A stretch of 64,000 nucleotides of DNA from an uncultured Chloroflexia bacterium (lineage in GTDB: Bacteria > Chloroflexota > Limnocylindria > Limnocylindrales > CSP1-4), in assembly GCA_963817745.1 (NCBI GenBank), contig CAWFPC010000010.1, forward strand, positions 34,170-98,169, written 5' to 3'. The notes under the pieces are model-generated. The model was not told the origin of the DNA. It saw nothing but the letters and a program-made list of their open reading frames with translations, and did not search any database. Position numbers and translations under genes: made by a program. Position 1 is the first letter of the stretch. Each line of letters begins with the position of its first letter. Shown in pieces: positions 56,721 through 64,000 of the stretch.

Positions 56721-57794
56721 TCAGTGCGCCTCGACCGGTCCGCCGATGACGCCCGTGACGACCGCGATCACGAGGGCGAGATAGACGAGGTAGAACAGGC
56801 CGCCGACGAGCAGCGATCGCCCGCGCAACCGGCCGCGGCGGATCATCGGCAGGAAGATCGCGGCCGTGGCGGCGAACGCGATGCCGGCCGATGCGAAGGC
56901 CACGTACGAGCCCTCCGCGATCTGCCACGCGGACGGACGCGAACAGGAGGGCGACCACCGTCGGGATGGTCGACTGGAAGACCATCGCCCCGGTGATGTT
57001 GCCCATCGCCAGGGTGTCCTTGCCGCCGCGGACCCAGATGATCGAGTTGAACTTCTCCGGCAGCTCGGTGGCGATCGGTGCGATCACGAGGGCGAGCAGC
57101 ACCTCGTCGACGCCGAGCGTCACCGACAGCTGTTCGACCGCACCGACGAAGGCGATCGCGCCGATGACGATGAGCGCCAGGGCCGCGATGCACCTGCACG
57201 TTCACGACCCGCAGCCGCGGCGCGCTCGGATCGGTCCGATGTGCGCCGCGATCCAGTCGGTGGAAGCGCAGCGGCGCGAGGTCCTCCGCATCGACGTCGG
57301 GATCGGCCTCGAAGTGCGCCTTGACGTACCAGGCGTAGATCCCGAGGAGCACGACCGCGACGATCCACTTCAGCCAGACCGGCTCGAGGGGCAGGAACGC
57401 CGCCCCGATGGCGATCGCGTAGGCGATCCAGAAGTAGCGCATGTCGTGGCCGAGGACGTGGGTGTCCACCTGCATCGTGTCGCCGGTCGTCCGCTTGCGC
57501 GCGACGGTCGAGCACCGCGACGCCGGTCACGAACATCGCGAGCGTCGCGAGCATGAACGGGGCGCCCAGGATCGCCCCGACGCCGATCGCGTGCGACGAC
57601 GCGCCGGTCCCGAACAGGATCGCGATGATCGGGATCATCGTCTCGGGCAGCGCCGTGCCGACGGCGGCCAGCACCGAGCCGACCGCGCCCTCGGCGAGCT
57701 GGAGCTTCCGCCCGAACCACTCGATGCCGTTCGTGAACAGCTCGGCGCCGGCGAGGATGATCACGAACGAGACGATGAGGATGGGGACTTCCAC
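56721..57794 (-). CDS. Ca2+/cation antiporter (CaCA, Na/Ca exchanger-like), frameshifted
   Basis: Alpha-repeat motifs AVGTALPE and PIATELPE, LAMGNITGA. Confidence 0.88.
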
Positions 57795-57801
57795 CGCCGA
57801 G

Positions 57802-58189
57802 TCAGACCTCCGTGACGAGCGTCGTCGCCACGCCGACGGCGATGACGACGAGGATGCCGAGCGCGACGGCCACGAGCAGGCGATCGCCTGCGCGCGCGAA
57901 TCCGAACGCCGCCCCGACGACCCGGCTGATCGGCGTCGCGATGACGGCGATGACGCCGAGCCACAGGAAGCCGGCCGGGCTCAGGGCGACGAGATCGGCG
58001 ACGAGGCGCGCCGGGATCGAAGCGCGGACCGCCATCCAGCGGCGAGATCCCGGACGCGATCATCAGCAGGACGCCGACGACGAGCAGCCCGACCGAGACA
58101 TAGGTCAGGACGATGAGCAGCCGGCCGATGACCCGCTCGAACTCGCGCGCCGATTCGCGGCGCACGACCGATCCGCGGCGCTCGGTCAA
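57802..58189 (-). CDS. DUF1634-like small membrane protein, frameshifted
   Basis: ERVIGRLL..., LGVIAVIATPISRV; typical partner downstream of TauE. Confidence 0.75.
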
Positions 58190-59100
58190 CCGACGGCCCG
58201 GAGCAGCATCTGGACCGCGGTGTAGAGCAGCACGACGACGAACAGGATACGCAAGTAGCGCAGTTGGATGCGGTGCGCCGAGCCGGGATCCGATGCGTCG
58301 CGCCGAGGAACACGCCGATCGCCGTCGGGCCGACGACGTACGGGTCGATCTCGCCGCGGAGCAGGTAGATCACGGCGCTCGCCGCCGCCGTGATCCCGAT
58401 CATCAGGTTGCTCGTGGCCGTCGCGACGCGCAGCGGGATGCCCATCGCGAGGTGCATCAGCGGCACCTTGATGATCCCGCCGCCGATGCCCAGGAGCGCC
58501 GATGCGACGCCCGCTCCCGCCGATCCGACGATCCCGCGGCCGAGGTTGCGCACCGTGTAGTCGTCGCCCGACAGGTCGGTGAGGTACGCGTCGACGCCGG
58601 CCCGCGACCGTCGGCGCGGTCGCGTGGTCGTGGGCGCCCAGGAGCGCCGGGTCGGCCGTCGCGAGGTCCGGGTCGGCGGGCGCGTCGGCGGCGGAGGCCG
58701 TGAGCGGCGATCCCCGGCCGCGCCGGCGACGGGGTCGCGGGCTTCGCCCGGGCCATCGAGATCGCGACGTAGACGAGCAGGCCGGCGAACAGGACCGCCA
58801 GCAATCGTTCGTCGAGCAGGAACGCGATGGAGCCGCCGACCAGCGCGCCGCACGGCGGTGAACAGCTCCAGGGTCATGCCCAGCCGCAGGTTCGCGACGT
58901 GCCGCTCGAGGTAGACGCCCGCGGCGGCGCTGCTGGTCATGATCACGCACACGAGCGAGACGCCGACCGCCTCGCGCAGCGGCAGGCCGAAGCCGAGCGT
59001 CGAGCAGCGGCACGATGAGCACGCCGCCGCCCAGGCCGAGCAGCGACCCGAAGACGCCGGCGGCGGCGCCGCCGGCGAGCATCAGCAGGCCGACGACCAC
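58186..59100 (-). CDS. TauE/SafE sulfite exporter family protein, frameshifted
   Basis: GSLLGLGGGVLIVP and SALLGIGGGIIKVP repeats, VATATSNLMIGITA. Confidence 0.88.
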   Translation of the reverse strand: MVVGLLMLAGGAAAGVFGSLLGLGGGVLIVPLLDARLRPAAARGGRRLARVRDHDQQRRRGRLPRAARREPAAGHDPGAVHRRAARWSAAPSRSCSTNDCWRSCSPACSSTSRSRWPGRSPRPRRRRGRGSPLTASAADAPADPDLATADPALLGAHDHATAPTVAGRRRRVPHRPVGRRLHGAQPRPRDRRIGGSGRRIGAPGHRRRDHQGAADAPRDGHPAARRDGHEQPDDRDHGGGERRDLPAPRRDRPVRRRPDGDRRVPRRDASDPGSAHRIQLRYLRILFVVVLLYTAVQMLLRAVG

Positions 59101-59154
59101 CTCAGGAGCCGATCGGCGGGCGTGCGGGCACGAAGACGCCCGACGGTCATGCGA

Positions 59155-59424
59155 CTAGGGGCGGAGGTGCTGGGGCGCGTACGGGAGCAGGGCGACGTGG
59201 CGCGCGCGCTTGAGGGCGACGGCGAGCTCACGCTGGTGGCCGGCGCACGTGCCGGTCTTGCGACGCGGCTCGATCTTGGCGCGCTCGGACAGGTAGCGGC
59301 GGAGGCGGTTGACCTCCTTGTAGTCGATCTGGGCGGTCTTGTCGGCGCAGAACGCGCAGACCTTGCGACGTCGGCGGTCGCGGTAGAAGTCGTCGCGCTT
59401 GCGCGATGATCGGGCGGGAGGCAT
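59155..59424 (-). CDS. rpsR: 30S ribosomal protein S18 (Zn-binding form)
   Basis: [40 protein letters not shown]. Confidence 0.98.
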   Translation of the reverse strand: MPPARSSRKRDDFYRDRRRRKVCAFCADKTAQIDYKEVNRLRRYLSERAKIEPRRKTGTCAGHQRELAVALKRARHVALLPYAPQHLRP

Positions 59425-59450
59425 GGGTCAGGTCTCCTGGGTCGTCGTGA

Positions 59451-59955
59451 TCAGAAGGGAAGGTCGTCGAGGTCGGTGTCGTCGGAGCGCGGCCGGGTGG
59501 GCTGGACGCTGCGACCCGCACCACGATCCTCGTCGCCGCCGCCGGCACCCCCGGCACCGCCGGGCGCACCGCCGCTGAAGCCGCCGGCGCCCGGCGCCGC
59601 GAAGGCACCTTCCTCGTCGCGGCCGCGCCGCTCGAGGTTGACGATGGAATCGGCGGTGATCTCCAGGGAGGTCCGCTTCTGGCCATCGCGGCCTTCGAAT
59701 TCGCGGGTCTTGAACCGACCCTCGACGAAGACCTTGTTGCCCTTGCGCAGCGTCTCCGCCATGCGCTCGGCGCGGTCACCCCAGACGCTGACGCGGAACC
59801 AGTCGGTCTCCTCGACCCACTCCCCGGTCTGCTGGTTCTTGGTGCTCTGGTTCACCGCGACGTTGAACTGGGTCACGGCGCGGTTGGTCGGCGTGTAGCG
59901 CATCTCGGGATCGCGACCCGAGATTGCCGATGATCATCACCTTGCAGAGGGCCAT
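59451..59955 (-). CDS. ssb: Single-stranded DNA-binding protein, frameshift near 5' end
   Basis: KVMIIGNLG, DPEMRYTP, ETDWFRV, VEGR, Gly-rich linker, DDLPF terminus. Confidence 0.97.
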
Positions 59956-59969
59956 CGTCGTCGCGCTCC

Positions 59970-60417
59970 TCAGTCGATCGCGGCCGGTGCCGCTTCGCTC
60001 TCGTCCTCGCCGATCCGCTCGGGACGATCGAGCTCGTCCTCGTCCTCGTCGATGTCGAGGTCGGGCAGGCCGTCGTCATCCTCGTCGCTCGCTTCGGCAT
60101 CCGTGCCGTCGCGGCGCGACGCCTTCACCGGGCGGTCGTCACGGGTGATGAGGTGGCGCAGCACTTCTTCGGTGATGAGCAGGCGTGTGCTCGAGCTCGG
60201 TGATGGCCTCGCCCGGGGCCTGGAACAGGACGATGTGGTACGAGCCCTCGCGGAACCGATCGATGGGATAGGCGAGGCGGCGGCGGCCCCACGGGGCGAC
60301 CTTGACGATCTGACCGCCGGCGGCGGTGATCTGTCGGGTGGTGCGGTCGACGACCGCCTGGCTCTTGTCGTCCGGGACGTCGGGACGGATCACGAGCATG
60401 AGTTCGTAACGGCGCAT
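59970..60417 (-). CDS. rpsF: 30S ribosomal protein S6 with acidic tail, frameshifted
   Basis: MRRYELMLVIRP, WGRRRLAYPI, EGSY, VLRHLI. Confidence 0.97.
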
Positions 60418-60510
60418 GCGCGCAGACACTCCTTCCAATGGGGATGCCCCGTTGACGTCGGACGCGCCGATCGGCACGGAGCGGAAAGGAAACGGGCCGT
60501 AGTCTAGCAC
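60418..60510 (-). promoter_or_regulatory. rpsF extended -10 promoter and S6:S18-type autoregulatory leader
   Basis: TGC-TAGACT at 60501-60509; leader has TTCCTTTCC able to pair with the SD GGAAGGAG, an inner CCGT/ACGG stem and a CCCC tract 5' of the SD. Confidence 0.65.
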
Positions 60511-60637
60511 GGGTCGGCTCCGCCAGCCCCGACGCCGGACCGCGGTCGCGCCGGTCGCGACCCCCGATGTATCCTCGCTATCGTTTCATCCGCCAGATCC
60601 CTCATCCCCGACCCGACCCCAGCGCCCCGGAGGCTCC

Positions 60638-61898
60638 GTGCCCGCCAGCACCATCCTGATCATCGAGACCGATCCCGCGGCCACCGCCTCGCTCTCGCCC
60701 ATCCTGAGCGGGGCGGGCTACACGGTGACGAGCTCTCACCGACGCGGACGAGGCCTTCGGCCAGGTCGTCGAACACCAGCTGGCGATCATCGACCTGGGC
60801 GCCGTCGATGGCGAGGCCGACACGAAGTCCCCGGTCGAGGTCTGCCGCGAGATCCGCGCCACCCCGGCGATGGCGGCGGTGCCGGTCCTGTGCGTCGCCG
60901 CGACCGACGACGTCGAGGAGCGCATCCGGTTCCTCGAAGCCGGCGCCGACGACGTCATCGCCCGGCCGTTCGACAGCCGCGAGGTCGAGGCGCGCATCGA
61001 GGCGCTGCTGCTGCGCTTCCAGCGCTCGAAGGACCTCGCGCCGATCTTCTCGACCGACGGCCTCACGCTCGGGCGGGCGCGCCGGACCGTCGCCGTCTAC
61101 AGCCCGAAGGGCGGCGTCGGGACGACCACGATCGCGACGAACATCGCCGTGGCGGCGGCGCAAGGATCGGCCGGATCGGGTCGTGCTCGTCGACCTGTCG
61201 CTCCAGTTCGGCGGCGTGGCGACGCACCTCAACCTCGATCCGAAGCAGACGCTCGCCGACGTCATCCGCGACGAAGCGGCGCTGCGCGAGCCGGAGCTGC
61301 TGCGCACGTACGCGATGCGCCACGACAGCGGCCTGCACGTCCTCGCCGCTCCCGGCAACCCCGAGATCGGCCGAGCTCATCACGCCGGACCACGTCGCGC
61401 ACCTGCTCGGGACCCTGCTGGAGGGCTACGACGTCGGTCGTCATCGACGCCGGCTCCGTGCTCGACGAGCGGACGCTCACCGTGTTCGAGGCCGCCGAGA
61501 CCGTGATCCTGCCGGTCTACCCGGAGATCGCCGCGCTCAAGGCGGTCCACGCGCTGCTCGACTACCTGAACGAGGCCGGCTCGATCGGCGCCAAGTCGAC
61601 GTTCGTCCTCAACAACATGTTCGCGCGCGACATCCTCAAGCTCCGCGACATCGAGGCGGCGCTCGGCACGAAGATCTCGGTCGACCTGCCGTACGACCCG
61701 TTCCTCTATCTCAAGGCCGTGAACGAGGGCGTGCCGATCGTCCTCGGCGCGCCGCGATCGCCGGCCGCCGAGCGGCTCGTGAAGCTCAGCGCCACGGCCT
61801 TCGGGCACGACGGCTACACCGTCCCGGCCGCGGCTCCAGGAGCGCAAGAGCCGGTTCGGAGGGCTTCGACGGAAGAGGTTGAGCTCGTGACGAAGTGA
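60638..61898 (+). CDS. Receiver domain plus MinD/ParA-like ATPase (CpaE/TadZ-like), frameshifted
   Basis: N-terminal REC (FLEAGADDVIARPF), deviant Walker A SPKGGVGTTTIATNIA, LVDLSLQFG, VIDAG, AVNEGVP. Confidence 0.85.
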
Positions 61899-62302
61899 GG
61901 CGCATCGACGCCATCGCCGTCACGTCCTGCTCGTCATGTCGGTCCTCGCGGTGGCGGTGTTGGTGTCCCAGCGCCCCGGGAGTACCTGCACGTACATCTC
62001 GCCCGCCTCCGCGGGTACGAGGTGGCACCAGCGAACGGCTCGCTCCGTTGCCGATCTGAACCATCGGTCCACGTGTACCACCGGGGCCGCAACGATCCCC
62101 CCGGTCAAGCACCTGCGACATGGACTCCCCTGATATCGACGATCCCAGATCGTTGCCCGGTCGTATTGCTCGTGCCGCGATCAGCCGACGTTGTTAGCCA
62201 TGGTGCCTCGCGCAGGGCTGGCTGCGCGACCAGCGTTATGCATGGGACCCGTACCGCAGGCGGAGTTGACCCAGCGGCCACCTCCGGCCGAGCAACGGCG
62301 AC

Positions 62303-62322
62303 GATGCCAATAGGATGCCAAT
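62303..62322. repeat. Perfect 9-bp direct repeat GATGCCAAT-AG-GATGCCAAT abutting the tRNA 3' end
   Basis: Copies at 62303-62311 and 62314-62322. Confidence 0.7.
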
Positions 62323-62323
62323 G

Positions 62324-62410
62324 TGGTGCCGGAGCCGAGATTTGAACTCGGACGCCCTTGCGGGCGGCGGATTTTAAGTCCGCTGCGTCTGCCAGTTCCG
62401 CCACTCCGGC
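62324..62410 (-). tRNA. tRNA-Leu (anticodon UAA), encoded CCA
   Basis: GCCGGAG/CTCCGGC acceptor stem plus ACCA, D-loop GGAACTGGCAGAC, anticodon arm GCGGA-CTTAAAA-TCCGC, long variable arm, T-arm GTTCAAATC. Confidence 0.97.
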
Positions 62411-62448
62411 CCGCCACAGCCTACCCGCCGCGCGCCGGTGTCGGCGTG

Positions 62449-63733
62449 TCAGCCGGGCGGCGGCACGACGGCAGGCGCCGCCACCGGATCGACCGGCGAC
62501 CGTCGGTGGGTCTCCTGCATCCGGACGAGCACCACGACGCCCGACAGCGCCGTCAACACCGCCACGAAGGCGATCGCGCTGGTCATCCCGAAGCGGTCCG
62601 CCACGACGCCGGCGACGATCGCGCCCGCCGCAAACCCGAGATCGCGCCACAGCCGATACACGCCGATCGAGGACGCGCGCCAGGCCGGCTCCGCGACGTC
62701 GGCGATCGCGCGAGCAGCGTCGGGTAGACCATCGCGGTCCCGAGCCCGAGGACCGCCGCGGACACGGCCCATGGCAGGAACGACCCGCTGGCCGCGATCC
62801 CGGCGATCGCCGCGGCCTGCAGCAGCATCCCGCCCGCGATCAGCGGCTTGCGCCCGACCCGGTCCGACAGCGCCCCCGTGCCGAGCTGGGCGACACCCCA
62901 GACCGCCGGGTACACCGCGGCGAGGACGCCGATCTCGGCGATCGACAGGCCCGACGCCGCGTAGAACAGCGGGAGCAGCCCCCAGGCCATCCCGTCGTTG
63001 AGGTTGTTGACGAGGCCGGCCTGCGACGCCGCGGACAGGCTCCGGTCGTGGAGCGTCGTCCGCCAGAACACCTCCCGCCACGACATGTGCGCGGCGGGAG
63101 CGCGGCTCGCCCCTTCCAGCGCGACGTGGTCCCGGGTCTCGCGCACGAAGAACACCGATAGCCCGAGGCCGAGCGCCACGACCGCGAGACCGACGAAGAA
63201 CGGCTCCGGCCGCAGACCCGCCTGGGATGCGATGTACCCGGTCAGGAGCGCCGTCACCGCCACGCGCCGTACCCGGCCGCCTCGTTGAAGCCCATCGCGA
63301 GGCCGCGTCGGGCGGGGCCGACGAGATCGATCTTCATCACGATCGTCGTCGACCAGGTGAGCCCCTGGTTGATGCCGAGCAGGACGTTCGCGAAGACGAC
63401 CCACTCCCATGTCGGCGCGAAGATCAGGATGAGCGGTACCGGGACGCCGATGAGCCAGCCGGCGACCAGCACGGGCTTGCGGCCATACCGATCGGACAGC
63501 GCTCCTGCCGCGAGGTTCGTGGCGGCTTTCGTCAGCCCGAAGGCGATGAGGAACGTCAGCGCCGATGCGACGCCGGTGAGCCCGAAGACATCGACCGCGA
63601 GGAGCGGCAGGACCGTCCGTTCCTGCCCGACCATCGCGCCGACGAGACCGTTGATCGCGACGAGCAACGCGAACTGGCCCGCGTTCGCGCGCAGGCCGAG
63701 CCGCAACGAGGTGCTCGATCGACCTGCCGTCAC
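62449..63733 (-). CDS. MFS transporter, frameshifted
   Basis: GALSDRYGRKPVL and GALSDRVGRKPLI motifs, NNLNDGMAWGLLP, GVYRLWRDLG. Confidence 0.9.
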
Positions 63734-63794
63734 CCGCGCAGGATAGCCGGAGCGGGAGGAGACGCGGCCCGTGGCGCGCCCACGGCCGCGGCGC

Positions 63795-64000
63795 TCAGTC
63801 CAGGCGCTCGAACACGACGACCGGGATCTCGCGCGCCTTGACCCGCTTGCGATACCCGTCGAAGAACGACATGACGGCGGCCTGTTGGTCGAACAGCCGC
63901 GTTCGTTCCGGCTCCTCCGCGGTGGACGCGCGAGCCTGGAACGTCTCGCCGTCGTGCTCGATCGTCACGATCGGGTTGGCGACGAGGTTGAGATACCAGG
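63795..64000 (-). CDS. Deazaflavin (F420)-dependent nitroreductase family protein, 3' part only
   Basis: Manual translation WYLNLVANPIVTIE...ARAST..EPERTRLF...REIPVVVFERL, typical of the Ddn/FDOR-A C-terminus. Confidence 0.8.
   Translation of the reverse strand, partial: WYLNLVANPIVTIEHDGETFQARASTAEEPERTRLFDQQAAVMSFFDGYRKRVKAREIPVVVFERLD

Overview
High-GC (about 70-72% by eye) bacterial chromosomal window, almost entirely conserved housekeeping genes on the minus strand. In transcription order: rpsF-ssb-rpsR; TauE/DUF1634/CaCA transporters; ilvE; ileS-lspA-rluD-gmk-priA; def-fmt-rlmN-rpe-dtd; asp23-fakA-recG-rsmD-coaD-sepIVA-like-yceD-GNAT-rpmF-plsX-asp23-nusB-acpP-rnc-smc-ftsY; ffh-DUF3352-like-rpsP-khpA-rimM-trmD-TPR-rplS-rnhB-yraN; rpsB-tsf-pyrH-frr-uppS-cdsA-dxr-rseP-ispG; nusA-ylxR-infB-rbfA-nrnA-truB. 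There is also a tRNA-Leu(UAA), an LCP protein, an orphan CpaE-like ATPase, two MFS transporters and a partial F420-dependent nitroreductase. Gene order and content suggest a monoderm organism, most plausibly Chloroflexota, possibly Limnocylindria-like (inference, not tested). More than 20 genes, many of them essential, carry single-base frameshifts. These are best explained as uncorrected long-read errors, so many coordinates are approximate joins of frames. I see no CRISPR array, transposase, integrase or defence island, and no clearly novel multi-gene system. The best leads are local: an IleRS with GVHH/PMHKS signatures, an Rpe with an extra C-terminal domain, a histone-H1-like NusA tail plus a terminator-containing nusA leader, a plsX-acpP locus without fab genes, an RNase HII lacking the GRG motif, apparently leaderless mRNAs and tRNA, and a repeat-flanked lower-GC patch at the tRNA-Leu 3' end.
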